In this document: one piece after another, positions 1-9,217 of the stretch
How the letters are laid out: every line of letters begins with the position of its first letter
Position numbering within the stretch: the stretch's first letter is position 1
Assembly (NCBI GenBank): GCA_026936335.1
Contig: JAPMXV010000010.1
Coordinates: 228,483-292,482, forward strand
DNA from: Mantamonas sphyraenae STR306
Taxonomy: Eukaryota; Protista; CRuMs
Direction: 5' to 3'
Length of the DNA: 64,000 nucleotides
Program-made: the position numbers and the translations under genes
Notes under the pieces: model-generated
What the model saw: the letters and a program-made list of their open reading frames with translations, nothing else
Database searches by the model: none
What the model was told of the DNA's origin: nothing

Positions 1-2484
1 GAAAAGGCGGCTCAGCTGCGCACACTGCAACGTCAGGTGTGGGAGCTGTTGCCTCGGTTCTGCATCATGCCCGTGGATTGTGCGGAGGAGTTTCCCAACA
101 TGGCCAAGAACCTGGCGCAGACGATGAAGCGGCATCCGCAGTGGCAAAAGGTGATTTGCAGGGGCCTGCGCACGCTGATCCAGTCGAATCGCCGCGTGGC
201 CGGACGCACCGACGACTTTCTGGAGTTGGAGGATGTGAAGAAGGAGGCGTTTGGCACGAGTGGCCAGCATAGCGAGGATGTCAAGGCCAACCGGGCGGCG
301 GAGGAGGAGCAGAAGGCCATGGCCTCGTATCCGTTTGATGAGGCACGTGCAGAGGAGCATTTGGCGTCGGTGACGCGGTATGCAGGCAACTATCTGCCGA
401 TTCTGTTTGGGGTGTTTACACGCACGCGTCCGGGCGACCGACAGGTGGTGGCCGAGTGCATCATGGAGTTTGCCAGTGTGAGCGAGAGCGAGGTGGTCAC
501 GAAACACTTCAACCAGGTGATGAACAGACTGATGAAGTTGGACATGGAAGACGGTGACGAGGAGGATGAGGGCGAGGGTGAAGAGGTGGGCGAGGGTCAA
601 ACGCCGGCCGCGGTGCGCAGGCACAATCTGACGGAACTGGGCATCTGTTTGGTGCACTCGTTGGACGACGAGAGCGTGGGCCACCTGTACGAACTGATGC
701 GTCCGTACCTGGAGGACGAAGACCACACACTGCAGAAAAAGGCGTACAAGATGCTGCGTCGCATGTTCCGCACCCATCCGGATTGGATGCGAGCCAACGT
801 GGACGATCTGATGGCCACCCTTGCCGAGTCGCTGGTGGAAGTGACGTCGGAAGCCAAACAGTTCCGCATGCCGTGTTTGCACTACCTGGTGAGCCAGCTG
901 CAGGGCGAGGACATTGCGGTGATTGAAGACCACATCGCAGAGGTGGTGCTTGCGCTGAAGGAGCAGAACGACGACGCGCGGCTGCAGGCGTACGACCTGT
1001 TGGTGTCCATGTGTGCAAGGTACAAGGAGCTGCCGCAGGGGGCCAGCCAACTGACCATGGGCGACGGCGCAGACGAGCAGGAGGATGAGCAGGAGGCATA
1101 CACACCGTCGCTGGCGGAGGAGAACGTGACCCGATTCTTCCAGATTGTGATGGCGGGTCTGGCCAAGATGGACGAGGAGTCGCTGATGGCCACGTCGACG
1201 ATTTCTGCGCTGGGCAGGCTGATGTACGAGTTCCACAGCGACCTGCCGGACCACGTGTGCACGCAGATCATCGACGCCATCCTGCCGTTCCTGCAACAAG
1301 GGGACAAGGCGATTGTGCGCGTGGTGATCGGCTTCATCAAAGTGTGCATCATGCGTCTGGAACCTGGTCTGTACGAAGATCTGCTGGGCCCCATGATCAA
1401 GGGCCTGCTGCACTGGTCGGCCAACTCGCGACGTGAGCTGCGCCTGAAGGTCAAGGTGATCTTTGAGCGCATGATGCGCAAGGTGGGCTACCACGCCATG
1501 CTGGACCACTTTCCCACCAAACACCGACGCTTCATTGCCACCATCAAGAACGAACACGAGGCCAAGCTGCGCAACCGTGCCAAGGCGCGTGAAGCACACA
1601 TGGAGGCCAACGCGGCGGCGGCGCACCACGAGCGTGTGCTGGCACGCGCACGCGAACAGGGACGCAAGACAGGTGGCGGACCTGGAGAGCGCGCACCCAT
1701 GGACAAGGACGACCTGGGAGGACTGCGACGCAAGACGGAAGGGACGTGGTTGCAGGAGGCCGGCGACGACGATCCGCTGGACTTTTTGGGGGCGAGTGTG
1801 AACCAGCGTGTGCTGTCCACGAAACCGCAGGCACGAGGGAGCAAGAGTGCACTGGACGAGGACTCGGACGACGATGTACAGATTGGCAAGGACGGCCGGG
1901 TGGTGGTGCGAGACGACGATTCGGACGAGGAGGGTGCCCAGTCGGGCGACAAACGCAAACGACGCGCAGACGACACGGGTCTGGAGGAGATGTACAACGA
2001 GGACGAGTTTTTCGACGCCAACGCACGCAAGTTTAAGCGTGCACGTGAGGTGTACGGCAACGGCCTGGTGGGGGAGGAGGACTCGGATGGGGAGTGGGAC
2101 GACGACGAAGACATGGTGGAGCGCGAGATGCGTGGCAGGCGGGGCACAAGCAGCAGCGGCAGCAGCCGACGTGGTGCAGGCGGTGCAGGCGGTGCGGGTG
2201 GCAGTGGAGAGGGTGGCAAGGGCGGAGGGCGCTCGGGACGTGGCAAGCAGCTGCGCGAGGCCAGAGAGAAGTTTGGACGCAAGTACAGGGGCAAGGGCAA
2301 GGGCGATGTGCCTCGAGAGGGCCAGTACCAGCCTGTGGAGTACGTGCCATTGCCCCCGACGCTGAACAACAAGCGGAACAAGAAGGAGAAGCACCAGGTG
2401 AACAACATGCTCAAAGCAGCCAAGATGGGTTCGCTGCAAGGGGCCAAGGGCCGTCGCAGGAAGCAGAGGCAAGGGAGGAAGTGA
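1..2484 (+). CDS. RRP12: RRP12-like ribosome biogenesis HEAT-repeat protein (5'-partial)
   Basis: Frame is open from base 1. Motifs QVWELLPRFC, LQKKAYK and DDPLDFL, and a basic C-terminus with KGKGDV, are typical of RRP12. AATAAA at 2571-2576. Confidence 0.88.
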   Translation, partial: EKAAQLRTLQRQVWELLPRFCIMPVDCAEEFPNMAKNLAQTMKRHPQWQKVICRGLRTLIQSNRRVAGRTDDFLELEDVKKEAFGTSGQHSEDVKANRAAEEEQKAMASYPFDEARAEEHLASVTRYAGNYLPILFGVFTRTRPGDRQVVAECIMEFASVSESEVVTKHFNQVMNRLMKLDMEDGDEEDEGEGEEVGEGQTPAAVRRHNLTELGICLVHSLDDESVGHLYELMRPYLEDEDHTLQKKAYKMLRRMFRTHPDWMRANVDDLMATLAESLVEVTSEAKQFRMPCLHYLVSQLQGEDIAVIEDHIAEVVLALKEQNDDARLQAYDLLVSMCARYKELPQGASQLTMGDGADEQEDEQEAYTPSLAEENVTRFFQIVMAGLAKMDEESLMATSTISALGRLMYEFHSDLPDHVCTQIIDAILPFLQQGDKAIVRVVIGFIKVCIMRLEPGLYEDLLGPMIKGLLHWSANSRRELRLKVKVIFERMMRKVGYHAMLDHFPTKHRRFIATIKNEHEAKLRNRAKAREAHMEANAAAAHHERVLARAREQGRKTGGGPGERAPMDKDDLGGLRRKTEGTWLQEAGDDDPLDFLGASVNQRVLSTKPQARGSKSALDEDSDDDVQIGKDGRVVVRDDDSDEEGAQSGDKRKRRADDTGLEEMYNEDEFFDANARKFKRAREVYGNGLVGEEDSDGEWDDDEDMVEREMRGRRGTSSSGSSRRGAGGAGGAGGSGEGGKGGGRSGRGKQLREAREKFGRKYRGKGKGDVPREGQYQPVEYVPLPPTLNNKRNKKEKHQVNNMLKAAKMGSLQGAKGRRRKQRQGRK

Positions 2485-2521
2485 CGAGGTTGGTGGGAGA
2501 AAGGCAACGTTTGTTCTTTGC

Positions 2522-2615
2522 GCAGGCCTTTGCGACCGACCGTGAACACTGCTGTGCTTTGTTGAAAAACAATAAAAATCCATCCTTTCGATGGTAGTCG
2601 GTCGCAAATCCCTGC
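2522..2615 (-). ncRNA. Candidate Fanzor omegaRNA scaffold (structured element 3' of the Fanzor ORF)
   Basis: Perfect 12-bp inverted repeat 2529-2540/2597-2608, extended by 5 bp (2522-2526/2611-2615) after a 2x2 internal loop. It encloses three small hairpins. It lies about 70 nt downstream of the Fanzor stop. Function is inferred from position. Confidence 0.5.
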
Positions 2616-2681
2616 CGTCACCCGCCCGTCGCCCCGCCCGCCTTTAGTCTGTGTTGTTTTGTGCGATTGTGCGATTCACTC

Positions 2682-5600
2682 TTACTCCTTGCGCAGTTGC
2701 GCCCGTTGCTTGCGCCACCTCCTCGATGACAGCTTTGTGTGAGTCTTCCTGTCCACGCCCGAGATTGCCACCACCAACAGAGTGGCGATGGTCACCGCAG
2801 CGTCCGTATCCTTGTGCTGCGCCCATCGTTCGCAGCGTGCGCAGTCCCACCATCTTCGGCTACAGCCCCGCCTCGTGTACGATTTCGGGCTCAGGGTCAC
2901 CTGGTGTCCACACTCGCGGCACAGAGCAGAGGTGTACGCCTCGCGTGTGACCACGAGCGTATGTGTACGACTCAGGTGTCTCTTGACGTCCGCCAGAGGG
3001 ACCCGCGCACTGAAGCCGCCGTTCCCAAAAGCAAGCAGGGAGCGCTGCTGGACCAGCCTGTCAATGTCCGAGATGGAGGCCGAGATGCCAGCAAGGTACC
3101 TGTTGCGGAGCTTGCGGTGTTCGTAATGATGCGCATCCACGAGGTTCCGGTGCGGCTCTCGCTGTGCAAACTCTTCCCGCTTTGCTTGGTTCAGTTCTTG
3201 CCATGTCGGGGTAGAAGAAGCAGATGATGATGGTGATGATGATGAGGAGGAGGAGGATGATCGTGCGTTGGATCGTAGCGTACGTCGGGATGCTGCTGCT
3301 GCTGCTGCTCTGCATCTTCTGACTGCTTCCGTGGCAGCCTGGGTCAGGACGTTCTGCTTCTTCCTGAGCTGACTGGTCCGCAGCATATGTCTGTAAGATG
3401 GTGTTGGCAATGGAAAGTAGATACCTGCGTCCACGTGCAGAACATTGTCGCGATCGAGTGTCGCTGACATCTTGTTGTGGTGAAAGACAGCGACGCAGCT
3501 GGTGCAGTCAACGTTGGGGTCCATCCCGATTACAGGTATACCAGCAGGCGTCCACAAATCGTTCTGCCCTAGTGTACGGGCCACCTGTTTGTCTGACTCG
3601 AGCAAGATTCCAGTGCGCTTGCCAGCAGAAGTTTGCGATGGCTCGCACTCCGCATCCAGGTGCTGCATGACGTCTGTAAGGCTGCTCTCGTCGACACCAG
3701 ACTCTTCAAACCACTGCTCCAGCTTGGGCATGGCCGCTCTGCCGTACGCTTGATAAAAGAGGCTCGCCATATGCATGACGTGGAACCACGATAGATCCCG
3801 CACCCGACCCTTCGCGTCGAACCCAACACGGACACATGCGACACGCAGTGCCTCGTCGACGTCTGATGCTGCCACGCAGCCCTGAGCCCCTTTCAGCTTT
3901 CGACGGGCTCCAACAGCCAGGCTATGAGGGGCGTAGACAGTTTGATAGATAGATCGACCGTCGTTGCCACCGAGGGTGATCCCCTGCCCTCGAGTCTCCT
4001 GCCCTGTGTCTGAGTTCCAGAGCCCCGGTAGAACGAGCATGGTGACTGCGTTTACAAGGTCACCCCGGTGGGCTGCCCATCCAGCTTCCGTCCTCATAAT
4101 GCCGACATGTGTTCGCCCTTTGATCCTCTCCAGTGCACGCTGTGAACCTGGGCACAGAACAGCAGCGTGGTCCACAATAAGCTGGTTGAGCTGGCGAGCG
4201 AGCACGTTTGACTTTGCTCGCTCATCCCAGGGCAACGTCTCGATGATCGCGGTGGCGGCTGCTGCTGCTGCTGCTGCTGCTTCGCCTCCCCTCGTACTCA
4301 AGTGCTTCAGAAAGTCGTATGCGACCCGAAACAGCTTGTACTTTAGATCGTAGCCGGACACAGAGACCGTACAGCGTGCTGTAGCGTGTGGGCGAGGTAC
4401 AAGCTGGACAGCGTGGCCACATTGCTCAGCCTCCAATTTGAGCAGACAGATGTAGGACGCGACACGGGCCTGGTTCTTCTCGTCCTCCTTTGCCTTTGAG
4501 AGCAAAGGCGAGCCAGCCACGACCTTGCTCACCTTGTCCTTCAGCGGCTGCAGCTGCGTCCTCCAGTCCATCTGCTGCTGCTGCGCAACCACAAGCGCCT
4601 CTTCATGGTCCTGGTCTTGGTCCTCATCTCGATCCTGCTCGTGATCTTGGTCTGCTTCCGGTTCTCCATCGTCGTCGACCTCGTCCACCTCCTCGACCTC
4701 CTCTGCTTTCACCCTCTTCTTCCATGCTGCGAGTGACATCCCCGACACGTATGCGCATGCCACCTCTGTCAGCTTCCGCGGGAGCTCCGGCACAGCATTG
4801 GACACCATCCTTTTCACCGATGAAGTCCAGTGTCTGGTCGCAAGGTTCCACATGGTCCTCATCTGACGTGCAGCTGACCCCTCAGCCAGCAGATTCTCGA
4901 GTTGCTGACGCTGCTCCTCAAGCTCCAGGCCGTCGTAGTATGGACTCGCAGTATGGGCGCACAACACTCCGTACAAGAGCTCCCGTTCCTGCACGAAGCG
5001 ACTGTGAGTGTCGAGCAGGACTGCTTCCAATTCCTGGCGTTGGCTCTCAGTCATCCTGCTGTCCGCTGCGTCCTGAATAGTCCCACGTGCCACGGTTGTG
5101 GATTTTCCCGCCAGTCCCATCACTCGTTCCACGCCTCCGTGTCCACGGCCGTCATGCATCCCGTACACACCAGACAACGCCTGTTCCTCAGTCGGGCGGC
5201 GGTCGTTTAGCAGCGCTGCAACCTTCCGTCCAAGCTTGTAGAACGATTCACGCTCAGCTGTGCGCGCCTCGTCAATCTCATCCTCATTGTCCTCTTTGCT
5301 TGACTCCTGTACGTAGCAGACATCCTTGCCACAGAGCAGTTTGGCCAAACGGCCCTTCAAGTAGGTGCCCTTGGCCAACATCGAGTCACACAGTGTCTCC
5401 ACCTCGTCGCGGTTGCTGCATGAATCAAGTTTTCCCGCCTCGACATCCGCGAGCAGCTCCTCTCGCTTCTTTTCGACTGCCTTCTCGAACTGCTGCATGT
5501 TGTCGTACCTTTTTGCCTTCTTCTTTGCCTTTTCAATCTCCTCCTGCAGCTCAGTCTGCCGTTCAATCGCGTTGTCGAGCGAGGCACGCTCCCGAGCACC

Positions 5601-8198
5601 CAGCTGAAGCCGTCCTTGCTCCGCAAACGCATCGACGATGTCCGACATCCTACCATCGTCGCTGTCGACACGAATGGTGTATGTCCTGGCGTTCACCACA
5701 CCGTCCCTGAGCGCCATTGATGGGCCCGGGGCAGGTGCAGGTGCCGTTTGGTTTGGTTTGTGCTCCGGCACCCGCGTGTTCCTCGCCAGCTCCGTCAAAT
5801 CGTCCACGGAAGACGCCAAAGAGTAATCCGCACACAGTTGGCGCATGACATACTTGAGCTGCGTACTGGTCCTTGTTCGCATGGCCGGGCGAACGGATGC
5901 CAACGCGAGACGCAGACCGCCCGAATCGCCCAGAGCCGGGCCCAGCTCGTCGGCGCTGTCGGCGCTGGATGTGGCATATGTGTCCTCACGTGCGCTGGGC
6001 ATTGCATGTGCCTCTTGCATGTCCTCTGTCTGCATCTCATCCGACTCCACTTCGTTTTCCAAGTCCTCTTGCTCCGCCCCGGCTCTTCCGTCGGCCTCCC
6101 AGGCCTTTACAAACGCCTCTTCATCCTGGACATCCTGGACACCATTCTCAAGGTCCTCTGTCTCCATACCCGACTCCACTGCGTCGTCAGCGACCTGGTC
6201 CACCTCCCCGGTTTGCACATCTTCGTCATCTGCGCTGGCGTCGGCCTTCCAGACCCTGTATGCCTTGGCGAACGCATCCTCGTCCATGGTGACGTCGTTT
6301 TCCCGTTCGTCATCGATTTGTACCCCCAGCGTCTCGGCCAACAAGGTCACCTGTTCCACCATGCCGCTCCTCGCCTCCTTGATTTCGACATCCGACGCGC
6401 GTCCACGAGCAGGTGCTGTCGGCTCAAGCGTGGAAGCCTGCACGTTGGAATGAATGATTTGGTCCACAGCGTTCTGTACACACCACTTCTGTTGTTGTTC
6501 GGCAACGCGCTGTACACAGTCGCAGATGCGTTCGCGATGGAAGTGGAGAAGGCCCACGGGAGCACGCTGTACAATGGCGCCCGCACAGGTTCCACCCAAA
6601 AGCGCATACGTGAAGAAGCGTGCGTTTGTGCTGTCGTTGCCCATGTGCACCGCTCTCAAATCGACTGTGTTGCCAGCACGGTACTCGTTCCAGTTGTCCT
6701 GCCGGCACCAGCCGCACCGGACGCCTCTCGCCATGAGTGCACAAGCGTCTGCACCCACCACGAGTGCATCTGCGGCGTGCTGAATGGCGCACAGGTTTGC
6801 ATCGTCTGTTGGCAACACACAAAGGCCCTGGTCCACCCAAACGTTCCCGTCGTCGCTGATCGAAACGCGGTCGTTGTCCGCACTCCTCAGGGTCTCGTAC
6901 AGCCCACGCAGCCGGTGTTTTTTGGTGTACGTGTGTACGTGCGCGTCCAGCTCCTGCCGGAATGATGCAGGGATCGCATGGATGGCCGCCAGAACCAAAT
7001 CCATCCCCGCCTCCTCGACGCTGCCTTCCTTGGCGCTGCCATCCTCCACGCCGCCGAGTATGAAGTGGTCGAACCCAGCAACTTCAATGTCGTCGGCAAA
7101 GCGCTGGACAAGCGGACGCACGGACCGGACAAGTTTAGCCAGGGTGGCCGTTTCTGCGAACGCGGCTGAGACAAAGCTCCACGTCCTCACCGGACGGCCC
7201 TCAGGTGGTGTGGTACATTCCAGTGGGACGTACGTGGTCATACCCTCGGGTGACATGCGAGCGAGCGCCTCGACGATGTCATCGCCACTGGAATTTTCGT
7301 TCAGCTGCTGATCGAGAGCATCGCCGCCGTTGGTCAGCACAACGGCGTTGTAGTCCCCCAATGTTGCTGGTTTCGGTGCAGGAAGAGGCACGCGAGCACC
7401 AGCTTGACCGTAAGGCTTGGCACGCTTCGCCGTTGATGCTTCGGGGGCGAAAGAGGCGTTGGCGTGTCCCGGCTTGATGTGAAACGAAGGACAGGAATCG
7501 CTTGTTCGGCCTATCATACGAGCGCTGTATGTTCGGCCAAAGTGCTTCCCCACGTACCTGGCCACCTCTTTGGCAGAGAGCCTCGCCGCAGCAAGTGTGC
7601 ACTCACACGCGTCGCCCTTGCGGGCTACTTCAATGCACAGCGCATACTCAGACATTGCGTAGACGCGGCCACCGTGAATGAGAGATGCCTTCAGCAAGTG
7701 GCTGATGCTGAGCCAGCACAGGTCATCGTTTCGCCGCGAGCGTGAGCGTGTTTGCTTGAGAAAAGGCCAGACCTGGGTTGTGAACCGCTTGCGTGCTTCC
7801 TTGGCGCGTCTCAGCAACGTGGGGCTGGCTTGGCATTTTGTGGTACTGATGTGATGCAGAAACTCCGTCTGCTCGGGGTACTGCACCCTCGCCTGCGCCC
7901 ACCGTTTGGGCTGCTTTTTCTGCGTGCCTTCGCCAGTTTTGAGCGCCGTGTACATCTGCCGTGCTTGATCTGTTCGAATGTCGTTGAGAAAGTGTGTGCG
8001 TACAAAGCGGTGTTTGCTCCGTTGCCTGGTGGGCCTTCTAGGTTTGACGGTGTGCCACGAGGAGGAAACCCAATCTGACTCCGGCTCGACCTGGATATCG
8101 GTATCCATGGGGTCTTTCGTGACCGTGTCTTTGCCTTTGCTGTCTGCCTCAGTTTGCTGACGAGTGTGTGTGTGTGTGTGTGTCGTGAGGGGTCCCAC
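2682..8198 (-). CDS. Fanzor1: Giant Fanzor1-like (TnpB-derived) RuvC RNA-guided endonuclease
   Basis: 1838-codon ORF with no interruption. RuvC-I VIGMDP (Asp 3519-3521), AFGNGGF (Gly at the canonical RuvC-II site), relocated Glu in REAYTS (2940-2942), zinc finger CREC...CARC, RuvC-III KDTDAAVTI (Asp 2808-2810). The first in-exon ATG is at 8108; an upstream exon is likely. Confidence 0.88.
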   Translation of the reverse strand: MGPLTTHTHTHTRQQTEADSKGKDTVTKDPMDTDIQVEPESDWVSSSWHTVKPRRPTRQRSKHRFVRTHFLNDIRTDQARQMYTALKTGEGTQKKQPKRWAQARVQYPEQTEFLHHISTTKCQASPTLLRRAKEARKRFTTQVWPFLKQTRSRSRRNDDLCWLSISHLLKASLIHGGRVYAMSEYALCIEVARKGDACECTLAAARLSAKEVARYVGKHFGRTYSARMIGRTSDSCPSFHIKPGHANASFAPEASTAKRAKPYGQAGARVPLPAPKPATLGDYNAVVLTNGGDALDQQLNENSSGDDIVEALARMSPEGMTTYVPLECTTPPEGRPVRTWSFVSAAFAETATLAKLVRSVRPLVQRFADDIEVAGFDHFILGGVEDGSAKEGSVEEAGMDLVLAAIHAIPASFRQELDAHVHTYTKKHRLRGLYETLRSADNDRVSISDDGNVWVDQGLCVLPTDDANLCAIQHAADALVVGADACALMARGVRCGWCRQDNWNEYRAGNTVDLRAVHMGNDSTNARFFTYALLGGTCAGAIVQRAPVGLLHFHRERICDCVQRVAEQQQKWCVQNAVDQIIHSNVQASTLEPTAPARGRASDVEIKEARSGMVEQVTLLAETLGVQIDDERENDVTMDEDAFAKAYRVWKADASADDEDVQTGEVDQVADDAVESGMETEDLENGVQDVQDEEAFVKAWEADGRAGAEQEDLENEVESDEMQTEDMQEAHAMPSAREDTYATSSADSADELGPALGDSGGLRLALASVRPAMRTRTSTQLKYVMRQLCADYSLASSVDDLTELARNTRVPEHKPNQTAPAPAPGPSMALRDGVVNARTYTIRVDSDDGRMSDIVDAFAEQGRLQLGARERASLDNAIERQTELQEEIEKAKKKAKRYDNMQQFEKAVEKKREELLADVEAGKLDSCSNRDEVETLCDSMLAKGTYLKGRLAKLLCGKDVCYVQESSKEDNEDEIDEARTAERESFYKLGRKVAALLNDRRPTEEQALSGVYGMHDGRGHGGVERVMGLAGKSTTVARGTIQDAADSRMTESQRQELEAVLLDTHSRFVQERELLYGVLCAHTASPYYDGLELEEQRQQLENLLAEGSAARQMRTMWNLATRHWTSSVKRMVSNAVPELPRKLTEVACAYVSGMSLAAWKKRVKAEEVEEVDEVDDDGEPEADQDHEQDRDEDQDQDHEEALVVAQQQQMDWRTQLQPLKDKVSKVVAGSPLLSKAKEDEKNQARVASYICLLKLEAEQCGHAVQLVPRPHATARCTVSVSGYDLKYKLFRVAYDFLKHLSTRGGEAAAAAAAAATAIIETLPWDERAKSNVLARQLNQLIVDHAAVLCPGSQRALERIKGRTHVGIMRTEAGWAAHRGDLVNAVTMLVLPGLWNSDTGQETRGQGITLGGNDGRSIYQTVYAPHSLAVGARRKLKGAQGCVAASDVDEALRVACVRVGFDAKGRVRDLSWFHVMHMASLFYQAYGRAAMPKLEQWFEESGVDESSLTDVMQHLDAECEPSQTSAGKRTGILLESDKQVARTLGQNDLWTPAGIPVIGMDPNVDCTSCVAVFHHNKMSATLDRDNVLHVDAGIYFPLPTPSYRHMLRTSQLRKKQNVLTQAATEAVRRCRAAAAAASRRTLRSNARSSSSSSSSSPSSSASSTPTWQELNQAKREEFAQREPHRNLVDAHHYEHRKLRNRYLAGISASISDIDRLVQQRSLLAFGNGGFSARVPLADVKRHLSRTHTLVVTREAYTSALCRECGHQVTLSPKSYTRRGCSRRWWDCARCERWAQHKDTDAAVTIATLLVVAISGVDRKTHTKLSSRRWRKQRAQLRKE

Positions 8199-8249
8199 AC
8201 GTGTGTGAGCCGCAGCAAACGGAATTGAGTGAGGCGGAATTCAACCTAC

Positions 8250-8603
8250 TCGCCCGTTGCCACTTCTGCTCGAGGAGGAGGAGGCTGAAGACGTTGAACG
8301 AGATGCACGGCCTCGACGGCCTCGGGATGCGCTGCGGGATGCACGGGATGCGCGACCTCCCCTGGAATGTGTCTCTTGGTTCTGTACACGTTGCCGTTTC
8401 TGCTGTCGCCACTCCAACGTTTGCCTGCTCCTTCGTTCACGTCTATTTTCCCGAGCCTCAACGCTACGCGGTGAATGAGATACCTCATCCCGTGTGTCTT
8501 CATCGTCTCGACCCCTCTTGCCGCCCTCATCACACAGCAGCAAGAGAACCAACATGAAGAAGAACCAACGGAAGCGCATGTTGTTTTGGCGACCACGGCG
8601 CAT
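8250..8603 (-). CDS. Putative upstream Arg/Ser-rich exon of the Fanzor gene
   Basis: GTAGGT donor at 8249 and (CA)n-TCAG acceptor at 8157 give a 93-nt phase-0 intron that joins this ORF in frame to the Fanzor ORF. Confidence 0.45.
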
Positions 8604-9217
8604 AGTCGAGCAGTCACTCGTACATTCTCATTCCAACGTGTAGGGTGGCGTTGACAACATTCATTTCGGTGTCCCAGGGTCCTCGCGGCTCTTGCGAGGA
8701 ATCGTTCTGCAAACACATCGAGCTTGTTCAACATGGTGCACTTACGCATGATCGAACCGTAAGAACCCGCAGAAGAGCGAAATCATGTCTTGGTGAACAT
8801 TCTATGTGTTTCTGGGCGTTGTTCTCAAGGGTGGAGCCACGTTCACGCTCAATTGCAACCGGCTGCGCACAGTGTTCAAATGCAACCCCCACAATGGCAA
8901 GGACAAAGTGCATCCCAAGGGCACCGCGCACGTACGTCGTTGCATGGGAGCAGGTGCGGCCTGCTTTGAAACGAAACGGAGAGAACGTGGTCCGAGAGGT
9001 GCTGCGAAGCATCACCGAGCTCAAAATGCCGGACGGCAGGATGAGTGCAAAGACGGAAAATTTGGGAGATGCCAAAACGCAGGTTTTGTTGGGAATGTGT
9101 GGGAACGTGACAGTGACGACACTGGAGCTGCGAACGGAAGCGAACAGCCTGAAAATTCATTCCTGCACCTTGCAAACAACGATCGAGAGAGGAGGAGTTC
9201 ATTCCTGTGCACCTTGC

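Noticed and set aside
2522-2615. Cloverleaf as a tRNA gene
   Set aside because: The closing stem is far too long, and there is no TTC T-loop, D-loop GG or 7-nt anticodon loop.
2682-8198. Bacterial Cas12/TnpB contamination
   Set aside because: It is embedded between eukaryotic genes on a telomere-capped contig, has the Fanzor-type relocated Glu and a probable spliceosomal intron, and has no cas genes or array.
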